From NCBI GenBank assembly GCA_050943055.1, contig JBMNOL010000003.1:3982-67981 (forward strand): 64,000 nt of DNA, written 5' to 3'. Position numbers and translations under genes: made by a program. This DNA comes from Patescibacteria group bacterium (GTDB taxonomy: Bacteria; Patescibacteriota; Patescibacteriia; Patescibacteriales; UBA12465). A model generated the notes under the pieces. The model searched no databases, was not told where the DNA came from, and saw only the letters and a program-made list of their open reading frames with translations. Shown here one piece after another: positions 1-7,074 of the stretch (positions are counted from its first letter, which is position 1; every line of letters begins with the position of its first letter).

Positions 1-141
1 GTTATTAATGCCTTTCTAGTCTGGTTTGTTTCCAGTTTTATTCAGGGCTTCGCTCTAGGTGGTTTCTGGCCAGCGCTCCTGCTCGCGCTCTGGCTCGCCT
101 TAGGAGGGTTTATTACTAATCTATTATTAACCGACGACTAA
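1..141 (+). CDS. 3' end of a small membrane protein entering from upstream of the window (possibly DUF360/holin-like family; tentative)
   Basis: Frame +1 is open from base 1 to TAA at 139-141. The translation VINAFLVWFVSSFIQGFALGGFWPALLLALWLALGGFITNLLLTDD is strongly hydrophobic. The family guess is from memory only. Confidence 0.35.
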   Translation, partial: VINAFLVWFVSSFIQGFALGGFWPALLLALWLALGGFITNLLLTDD

Positions 142-181
142 ACGTCAGTTAGCGATAATATCTATCCATCAAAAATATTGT

Positions 182-1528
182 ATGACTTATCAAGAGGCTT
201 ACGAATACCTAGATTCGCTCCATAATTTGCCGCGCGTTTATCGTGGTAAAAGTAATTGGCAAAATACCCCGACGATTCTAAAAGGCATGAATGCCATGCT
301 TAAGTTGGACGGTAATCCCCATTTAAAAATCCCCCACTATATTCACGTAACCGGTACTAGTGGCAAGGGGTCAGTTTCACTGATGATCAGCCAGATGTTA
401 ATCGCCCAAGGTTTTAAGGTGGGCACAATTACTTCGCCGCATCCGACAAAAATTACCGAGCGCTGGCAGGTTAATGGCCGCTCGATGTCGGATGAAGATT
501 TTGTTAAAACCATTGAGGAACTTAAGGTCGTTTGGGATACTTATGCTAACGAAGTAAAGTTTACTTTCCCGGGGATGGCCAGTCTAAATACGGTTATTGC
601 TTTACATTATTTTGCTAAGCAAAAAGTGGACTTCGCGGTTATGGAAGTTGTTTGTGGTGGTAAAAACGATAGCACTAACATTATTCCTCATAAAGAGGTG
701 GCGATTATTACCAATATCGGTTTAGATCATTTAGGAGTTTTAGGAACTAATAAAGAAGTAATTGCGCTTAATAAATCGGGGATTATTAAAAAAGGTTGTG
801 ATGTCATTACTGCTGAGGGCAATCCGAAAATTATCCATATTTTAAAATTAGCCGCTCTTAAAAAGAAGGCGCGGTCTTTTGAAGAGGTGGATGCCAGTCG
901 TTATGATTTTTTAATTAATGGTGAAGTCTTAAAGCATGGTTGGGATGGCTTAGATTTTCGCCTTCATGGTGAAGAGTATCACATCAACAATCTTGGCTAT
1001 CACCAAGTCGCCAATGCCCGGGTAGCTATTGCGGCCGCCAAGAAATTAGGTTTAAGTCAGAAGGCTATTAAAGCCGGTTTAGAAAACACCACTTTCCCTA
1101 TTCGTTTTGAAGTTGTTTCTCAGAAACCTTATATTATTTTAGATGGTGCTCATAATCCTGATAAAGTACGAGCCACTGTTGCGAGCTTAAAGAGTTTAAA
1201 GGGTAAATATAAGAATTTGCACTTATTGGTCGGTTTTTCTGATAATAAAAATCACAGTTCTTTTTTAGAGGAGTTAATCGCTCTAAAGCCTAAGAGTTTG
1301 GCCTGTACTCGTTTTACCCAAAATATTTTTCGCCGCGTCGCTGATCCAAAAAAATTAAAAAATGCGGCGTTAAAAATTAAACCACGTTTAAAGGCGAATA
1401 GCTTTTTAGATCCGCGGGCGGCTTTAGCTTGGAGTCAAGCGCAATTAGGTCCTGAAGATTTATTGTTAGTAACGGGGTCAATGTTTTTATCCGGAGAGCT
1501 ACGACCGATCTTCAAGAAAATTAAATAA
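182..1528 (+). CDS. folC: Folylpolyglutamate synthase-type Mur ligase family protein
   Basis: 448-aa ORF. P-loop HVTGTSGKGS, ITSPHPTKITERWQVNG and ILDGAHNPDK match the FolC branch of the Mur ligases. Confidence 0.75.
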   Translation: MTYQEAYEYLDSLHNLPRVYRGKSNWQNTPTILKGMNAMLKLDGNPHLKIPHYIHVTGTSGKGSVSLMISQMLIAQGFKVGTITSPHPTKITERWQVNGRSMSDEDFVKTIEELKVVWDTYANEVKFTFPGMASLNTVIALHYFAKQKVDFAVMEVVCGGKNDSTNIIPHKEVAIITNIGLDHLGVLGTNKEVIALNKSGIIKKGCDVITAEGNPKIIHILKLAALKKKARSFEEVDASRYDFLINGEVLKHGWDGLDFRLHGEEYHINNLGYHQVANARVAIAAAKKLGLSQKAIKAGLENTTFPIRFEVVSQKPYIILDGAHNPDKVRATVASLKSLKGKYKNLHLLVGFSDNKNHSSFLEELIALKPKSLACTRFTQNIFRRVADPKKLKNAALKIKPRLKANSFLDPRAALAWSQAQLGPEDLLLVTGSMFLSGELRPIFKKIK

Positions 1529-1542
1529 GCAGTTACTTTTAT

Positions 1543-1570
1543 AAAAAAGCCGGTTTTGCCGGCTTTTTTG
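1543..1570 (+). terminator. Rho-independent terminator after folC
   Basis: AAAAAAGCCGG-TTTTG-CCGGCTTTTTT: a GC stem flanked by an A-run and a T-run, 15 nt after the stop. Confidence 0.7.
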
Positions 1571-1596
1571 TTTTTATCGTTTATTTATTTTATAAT
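1568..1596 (+). promoter_or_regulatory. Candidate sigma-70 promoter for the 1617 gene
   Basis: TTGTTT (1568-1573), 17-nt spacer, TATAAT (1591-1596), 20 nt before the ATG. Confidence 0.35.
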
Positions 1597-1616
1597 TGAG
1601 AAATAGTTATTAGTTT

Positions 1617-2231
1617 ATGGCAATCAAGGAAAATTCCAATAAAAATTGGCGATGGTTTCTCCTGGCGCTGATTCCGGTGGCGGCAATTTTTGTCAGAATT
1701 TTTTTGCCGACCGGTACTTGGGAGTGCTATAACGGTGAATGGGTCAAAAGAGGTCGCCCCGGAACTGTTCAACCGACAACCGCTTGCCGGCCAGTTACTA
1801 GCTCTTTGGGAGAATTAATTGCGAGCGCCGAATCGGTTTTAGAAAATTTTAATTCGGAAACGATAACTGCTGAGGCGAATAAGTTTGCCGCTTCCGAAAA
1901 AGAAACCGCGGCGATTATTTTACAAACACCAAAGACGGGTGATCTTATTTCTAGCCCTTTGGCGGTGACCGGGCTCGCTCCGGCTGATTGGTTTTATCAG
2001 GGTGAACTGTTAATTACCTTGGAAGATTCCGAGCGGCAAGTTATTGCCAAACATTTTGGCTCCAAGCAGCCGGGAAATACGACTGTTCCCAATTATAATT
2101 CTTTTTCGGCGTGGATAGACTTTGAAACGGACGCTAGTATTGGCTACCTTGTCGTTCATAAAAATAATTTAAGTGCTACGGCGGCCGAGACTGGAGATCA
2201 AAGTCAGCGTTGGCCGATAATTTTTGACTAA
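1617..2231 (+). CDS. Membrane-anchored hypothetical protein, C-terminal Gmad2-like Ig-fold domain (tentative)
   Basis: 204-aa ORF. N-terminal TM helix WRWFLLALIPVAAIFVRIFL. The C-terminal segment LAVTGLAPADWFYQGELLITLEDSERQVIAKHFG resembles Gmad2-type domains from memory. Confidence 0.55.
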   Translation: MAIKENSNKNWRWFLLALIPVAAIFVRIFLPTGTWECYNGEWVKRGRPGTVQPTTACRPVTSSLGELIASAESVLENFNSETITAEANKFAASEKETAAIILQTPKTGDLISSPLAVTGLAPADWFYQGELLITLEDSERQVIAKHFGSKQPGNTTVPNYNSFSAWIDFETDASIGYLVVHKNNLSATAAETGDQSQRWPIIFD

Positions 2232-2246
2232 AAAATTTACAAGAAT

Positions 2247-3656
2247 ATGAGAACCCTAAAATTTTATAACACCCGCTCACGATCAGTGGAAGAATTTAAA
2301 GCCGTGGCTGCCCCTCGGGTTGGTCTCTACACTTGTGGGCCGACTGTTTATAATTATGCTCATTTAGGCAACTTGCGCACTTACTTATTTGAAGATTGGC
2401 TAAAACGAGTTTTGGTTTACGCTGGTTATGAAGTTAAACATGTGATGAATGTTACTGATGTCGGCCACTTGGTTGGCGATGGTGACTTAGGGGAAGATAA
2501 AATGGAGCTAGGTGCGGCTAGAGAGGGGCGAAGTGCTTGGGAGATTGCTGATTATTATTGGCAGTCTTTTCGCGATGATTTAAAAGTTTTAAATATTATT
2601 GAGCCTACACAATGGGTTAAGGCGACTGACCACATCCCTGAACAAATTGCTTTAATTGAGCTTTTAGAAAAAAAAGGTTTTACTTACAAAACTCCCGATG
2701 GAATCTACTTTGATACCGAAAAATTTCCTCACTACAATCAGCTCTCGCATTTACGCCTTGAAGATTTAAAGGAGGGCGCGCGGGTGGAAAAAAATGCGGC
2801 CAAAAAAAATCCCACTGATTTTGCACTCTGGAAATTTTCACCGGCGGGGTCCAAAAGACAAATGGAGTGGGATTCGCCTTGGGGGCTTGGTTTTCCGGGC
2901 TGGCACATTGAGTGTTCGGCGATGGCCCTTAAGTATTTAGCGGGCAACCGCGATATTCATTGTGGCGGCATTGATCATATTAATGTTCATCACACTAATG
3001 AAATTGCCCAGAGTGAAGCGGCTACGGGCGAGAAGTTTTTTAATTATTGGCTTCACGGCGCTTTTCTAAATGTGGCCGGCGGTAAAAAAATGGCTAAAAG
3101 CGCGGATAATTTTTTAACCGTCAAGAAGGCTTTAATCGATAAAAAGATTAATCCGCTTGCTTTTCGCTTAGCCGCGGCTTCGGTTCATTATCGTAAGCCG
3201 ATGGAATATTCGGAATCCTCCTTGCGACAAGCCGAAAACACCTGGCGGAATTTAGTGCGTCAAGTGGCGGCGTTACCGGAAGCCCCGGGAAAAATTAATG
3301 CCGCTTGGCAAGAAAGTTTTTGGGAAGCCGTGGCTGATGACTTGAATTTACCGCAAGCGCTGGCCGTTACTCAAGATTTATTAAAAGCTAATTTAGATGA
3401 AGCTGATAAATTGGCAACGGTGTTAGATTTTGATCGAGTTCTCGGTTTAAGTTTAGATCGAGCTAAAGAGTTGGCGGACCGAGAAGTGCTGTTAGAAGAA
3501 TTGGCGCCGGAAATAAAAGCTTTAGTTTTGGCGCGTGAAGCGGCGCGGGCAGAACATGATTTTGCTGCTGCCGATAGGTTACGCGCCGAATTACGCGAGC
3601 GTGGTTACGCGATTGAAGATTCCAAACAAGGAATGAAAGTAATTCTATTAGATTAA
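2247..3656 (+). CDS. cysS: Cysteinyl-tRNA synthetase
   Basis: 469 aa. HIGH-type motif AHLGNLRTY, GWHIECS, and KMSKS-type motif KMAKS. C-terminal anticodon-binding helical region present. Confidence 0.9.
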   Translation: MRTLKFYNTRSRSVEEFKAVAAPRVGLYTCGPTVYNYAHLGNLRTYLFEDWLKRVLVYAGYEVKHVMNVTDVGHLVGDGDLGEDKMELGAAREGRSAWEIADYYWQSFRDDLKVLNIIEPTQWVKATDHIPEQIALIELLEKKGFTYKTPDGIYFDTEKFPHYNQLSHLRLEDLKEGARVEKNAAKKNPTDFALWKFSPAGSKRQMEWDSPWGLGFPGWHIECSAMALKYLAGNRDIHCGGIDHINVHHTNEIAQSEAATGEKFFNYWLHGAFLNVAGGKKMAKSADNFLTVKKALIDKKINPLAFRLAAASVHYRKPMEYSESSLRQAENTWRNLVRQVAALPEAPGKINAAWQESFWEAVADDLNLPQALAVTQDLLKANLDEADKLATVLDFDRVLGLSLDRAKELADREVLLEELAPEIKALVLAREAARAEHDFAAADRLRAELRERGYAIEDSKQGMKVILLD

Positions 3657-3659
3657 GTC

Positions 3660-4652
3660 ATGATTAAAAATAAGCAAAACAAGGCTACCCGTCTGGCGGC
3701 CGCTAATAATTTTTGGGCGCATTTGCCGCGTCCAATTTTAGCGCAGGCGCCGTTAGCAGGTTTTACCGATTCTCCGTTTCGGCAACTGGTGACCATTTTT
3801 GGCGCGGCGGTGACTTATAGCGAGATGATTTCGGCGGCCGCTATTTTTTATGATTCGGCTGAAACTTATCAACTCTTAAAATTTTCCCCTAAAGCCGAGG
3901 AGCACTATGTTGTGCAATTATTTGGGTCCGAACCGGAACATTTTGCGGTCGCGGCGCGTCTGGTTACTGAAAAAATAAAACCGGCGGGGATTGATATTAA
4001 TTTTGGTTGCCCAGTCCCGAAAGTTACTAAGCAGGGCGCGGGAGCGGCCTTAATGGCGGATCTTAAACGGTCGCGAGCGGTCGTAGAAGCGGTGTTAGCC
4101 AATACCGATTTGCCTGTTTCCCTTAAAATTAGAAGTGCTTCCGGCTTGATAAGCGCTCAAGAATTTTTAGCAAATCTTCAAGACTTACCGATTGCGGCGC
4201 TCATGATTCATGGTCGTACTTACAAACAAGGTTTTAGTGGACCGGTGTCAGCGGCGGTTATTAAAGAAGTACGAGCGGTTTTTAAAGGAGTCATTCTTGC
4301 TAATGGCGGGGTTAATTCCTTAAGCGATGCCCAGAAACTTTTAACTGCTAGCGGCGCCGATGGTCTTGGTTTGGGTCGTGGCTCTTTGGGACGCCCGTGG
4401 TTATTTAGGGAAATTATTAATCAACAAGAGGAGTCCTGGTCATGGCCGGAGATCGCCGCTTTAATGTTAAGGCAAGGACAATTAACCGCTACTTTAAAAG
4501 GGGAGGGTGCTTTTGTCGAGTTGCGTAAACAGTTGTGTTATTATGTTCAGGGTTTGCCGGGGGCGAGCAGAGTGCGAGCGGCCCTGGTCAAAATAAATAA
4601 TTATTCCGACTTAGAAAAAATTCTCGAGCCGATTATTAAAACTAAATCTTAA
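3660..4652 (+). CDS. dus: tRNA-dihydrouridine synthase
   Basis: 330 aa. APLAGFTDSPFR, DINFGCP and HGRT motifs of the Dus TIM-barrel flavoenzymes. Confidence 0.85.
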   Translation: MIKNKQNKATRLAAANNFWAHLPRPILAQAPLAGFTDSPFRQLVTIFGAAVTYSEMISAAAIFYDSAETYQLLKFSPKAEEHYVVQLFGSEPEHFAVAARLVTEKIKPAGIDINFGCPVPKVTKQGAGAALMADLKRSRAVVEAVLANTDLPVSLKIRSASGLISAQEFLANLQDLPIAALMIHGRTYKQGFSGPVSAAVIKEVRAVFKGVILANGGVNSLSDAQKLLTASGADGLGLGRGSLGRPWLFREIINQQEESWSWPEIAALMLRQGQLTATLKGEGAFVELRKQLCYYVQGLPGASRVRAALVKINNYSDLEKILEPIIKTKS

Positions 4653-4653
4653 T

Positions 4654-5064
4654 ATGATTTTAAAGATTGATACGACAATCAGCGATACGATAAAAATAAC
4701 TCTTTCAAAAAAAGAAGAAATTTTTTTAACGAAAGAAATTTTAGCGCCCCGCGCTCAATCAGAAAAATTATTACCGACAATTTTTCGCTTTCTTGAAGAC
4801 GCCAAAATCACCTGGTCGGATTTAAGCGGCCTGGAAGTGGTGGTTACCGGCGGATCTTTTACTAGTTTAAGAGTTGGCATTTTAACGGCTAATGCTTTAG
4901 CTTATGCGCTGAAATTACCATTGCAAGCCATCTCTGCCGAGGGTGAAAATATTTCTAAAAATAATTTAAAAAAATTTTTAAATTATAAAATTGCGGTTCC
5001 GGAATATAACAGCGAGCCTAATATCGGTCAGACCAAAAAGAGAAGCAAAGAGGTCCCCTCTTAG
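4654..5064 (+). CDS. tsaB: TsaB-like protein (t6A biosynthesis, N-terminal half only)
   Basis: 136 aa. MILKIDTT start and the GGSFTSLRVGILTANALAYAL motif match the TsaB/YeaZ N-domain. It ends where the second ASKHA subdomain would begin. Confidence 0.6.
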   Translation: MILKIDTTISDTIKITLSKKEEIFLTKEILAPRAQSEKLLPTIFRFLEDAKITWSDLSGLEVVVTGGSFTSLRVGILTANALAYALKLPLQAISAEGENISKNNLKKFLNYKIAVPEYNSEPNIGQTKKRSKEVPS

Positions 5065-5073
5065 TTATCCACA
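5065..5073 (+). promoter_or_regulatory. Perfect DnaA box
   Basis: TTATCCACA, an exact match to the consensus DnaA box, starting 1 nt after the tsaB-like stop codon. Confidence 0.6.
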
Positions 5074-5101
5074 GATAAAAAATAGTAATTTTTTCAATCA
5101 C

Positions 5102-5110
5102 TTATCCACA
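5102..5110 (+). promoter_or_regulatory. Perfect DnaA box (second copy, same orientation)
   Basis: TTATCCACA again, 37 bp downstream of the first. Both copies extend to TTATCCACAG. A roughly 60-bp very AT-rich tract follows. Confidence 0.6.
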
Positions 5111-5169
5111 GTGATTTTTTTTATTCTAAAGTTAGTAAAAAAATAATGAAAAATTTTTTTGTTTTTGTG

Positions 5170-5198
5170 TTGACCGGGGTAGCACGCTGGTGTATAAT
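5170..5198 (+). promoter_or_regulatory. Sigma-70 promoter of the mraZ (dcw) operon
   Basis: TTGACC (5170-5175), 17-nt spacer, TATAAT (5193-5198), 68 nt upstream of the mraZ ATG. Confidence 0.6.
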
Positions 5199-5265
5199 TG
5201 GGGTATAACGTCCAAAAGTGGGGAAGTGAGGTGAATTTTCTTAGCCTCTCAAAAAAGAAAATTTT

Positions 5266-5697
5266 ATGTTTATCGGTGAGTATCAACACAATTTAGATGA
5301 TAAAGGGCGCTTAGCAATTCCCGCAAAATTTAGAAGTGCTTTTAAAAAAGGGGCAGTGGTTACTAAAGGTTTAGACAACTGCCTGGTTTTGTATTCTCCA
5401 GAACAGTTTACCGTGATTGCGAAAAAATTTGCCGCTCTACCTTTAAGTCAAGCACGGGCGCGGGCTTTTTCTCGTCATATGTTAGCGGGCGCTATGGATG
5501 TAGAGTTTGATGTTCAAGGAAGAATTACTTTGCCGGAGTATTTACGTCAGTTTGCCGGCGTCAAAAAAAATGTCATCATTGCCGGTTTATATAATCATTT
5601 AGAAATTTGGGATGAAGCTGCCTGGCAGAAATATAAAGCAGAGGCGGATGAGCACAGCAGTGAGATCGCTGAGCAGCTAGGAGATCTAGGTATTTAA
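5266..5697 (+). CDS. mraZ: Transcriptional regulator MraZ
   Basis: 143 aa. Duplicated SpoVT/AbrB-like halves with DDKGRLAIPAKFR and DVQGRITLPEYLR. First gene of the dcw-type cluster. Confidence 0.9.
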   Translation: MFIGEYQHNLDDKGRLAIPAKFRSAFKKGAVVTKGLDNCLVLYSPEQFTVIAKKFAALPLSQARARAFSRHMLAGAMDVEFDVQGRITLPEYLRQFAGVKKNVIIAGLYNHLEIWDEAAWQKYKAEADEHSSEIAEQLGDLGI

Positions 5698-5701
5698 AAA
5701 C

Positions 5702-6643
5702 ATGAGTTATTCGCACCAAGCAGTTTTACTGGAGGCGGCCCTGTCTTTTCTCAAACCGCAAGCCGGTGAGGCCTTTATTGATGGAACTTTAGGTGGCGCC
5801 GGTTATACTTTGGCCTTAGCCCAAGCGGTTGGCCCGACCGGTCAAGTTTTAGCTGTTGATTTAGATGACTTAGCTTTAGAAAATGCTCGTCAAAAAATTG
5901 CCACCGCCGGTCTCAGTAATATTTCTTTAGTTAAAGGTAATTTTCGTAACTTACTAAATATTGTTCAGACAGAATTTGGTGCCGAGAAAAAGTGGTCCGG
6001 TCTGGTTTTAGATCTAGGTTTATCTTCAGCTCAATTAGCAGATAAGAATCGGAGCTTTTCCTTTAAAGATGATCGTCCTCTGGATATGGCTTTTGGTGGG
6101 GTGGAGACAGCAGCTATTAAGACGACAACAATTGTTAATCGTTATCCGCTCGCTAAGCTAGCTGCTGTGATTTCTAAATATGGCGATGAACCCCAGGCTT
6201 TCAGTATTGCGCAAAAAATTGTTCGCGCGCGGAAGAATAATAAAATAAAAACCACCGGCCAACTTTTAGAAATTACCGGCTTAAATCAGTCCACCAAGAC
6301 GCGACTTCATCCGGCCACTAAATTGTTTCAAGCGCTACGAATGGAAACTAATCAGGAACTGGCCGCATTGGAAGAAGTTTTAGCCGCGAGTTTAGAACTG
6401 TTGGCTCCGGGTGGAAGATTAGTAGTCGTTTCTTTCCATAGCGGTGAGGATCGAATCGTTAAAGAGTTTATTAAAAGGGAAAGTCAGGATTGTATTTGCT
6501 CTCCAGCCGCACCTGTTTGCGTCTGTAGTCACCGAAAACAATTTATCCCCTTAACCAAAAAACCGGTTATTGCTGATGAGGTAGAAAATAGTCGTAATCC
6601 ACGTGCCCGCAGTGCCAAACTCCGAGCAGCACTAAAGATTTAA
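5702..6643 (+). CDS. rsmH: 16S rRNA (cytosine1402-N4)-methyltransferase RsmH
   Basis: 313 aa. HQAVLLEAAL, GTLGGAGYT and SFHSGEDRIVK motifs. Sits directly after mraZ. Confidence 0.9.
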   Translation: MSYSHQAVLLEAALSFLKPQAGEAFIDGTLGGAGYTLALAQAVGPTGQVLAVDLDDLALENARQKIATAGLSNISLVKGNFRNLLNIVQTEFGAEKKWSGLVLDLGLSSAQLADKNRSFSFKDDRPLDMAFGGVETAAIKTTTIVNRYPLAKLAAVISKYGDEPQAFSIAQKIVRARKNNKIKTTGQLLEITGLNQSTKTRLHPATKLFQALRMETNQELAALEEVLAASLELLAPGGRLVVVSFHSGEDRIVKEFIKRESQDCICSPAAPVCVCSHRKQFIPLTKKPVIADEVENSRNPRARSAKLRAALKI

Positions 6644-6675
6644 TAATTTTTAAATTTCAATAGGCTAAAAAATTT

Positions 6676-7026
6676 ATGACGGCTTTTATCATCACCAAAA
6701 AATCAAATTATTTGACCGGGCAAGTTAAGACCGAACGTCACCTCAACCTCCGCTTCGTTAATGCTATTTTACTATCCCTAATTTTAGCGGTCGTGACGAT
6801 TCAACTGGTGACTGTTAATGACTTGGCTGTTAAGGGTTTTACTATTAAAGAATTAAAAACTGAGGGCGCCAAGTTAGAGAGTCAGCTTTTAGACAGCGAA
6901 GCTCAGGTGATGAAACTGCAAGCTTATCAAGAGTTAAACAATCAAGTTAATCATTTAAATATGGTTGCGGTCGGCGAAGTGGAATATCTGACGGTTAACG
7001 ATAATAACATTTTAGCCAAAAAATAA
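6676..7026 (+). CDS. FtsL-like cell-division protein (assigned by position and topology)
   Basis: 116 aa. Short cytoplasmic N-terminus, one TM (AILLSLILAVVTIQLVTV), then a coiled-coil-like segment. Located between rsmH and the PBP gene, as ftsL normally is. Confidence 0.5.
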   Translation: MTAFIITKKSNYLTGQVKTERHLNLRFVNAILLSLILAVVTIQLVTVNDLAVKGFTIKELKTEGAKLESQLLDSEAQVMKLQAYQELNNQVNHLNMVAVGEVEYLTVNDNNILAKK

Positions 7027-7074
7027 AAGAGGAAAAGCAGAAGAGCGGCAGTTTTTGGCGGAGACAAGCTTAAC

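Noticed and set aside
5065-5170. Chromosomal replication origin (oriC)
   Set aside because: Only two DnaA boxes are present, and neither dnaA nor dnaN is adjacent. Gene orientation does not switch here. I kept it as a regulatory-site finding, with oriC as a minor alternative to test by genome-wide skew and box mapping.
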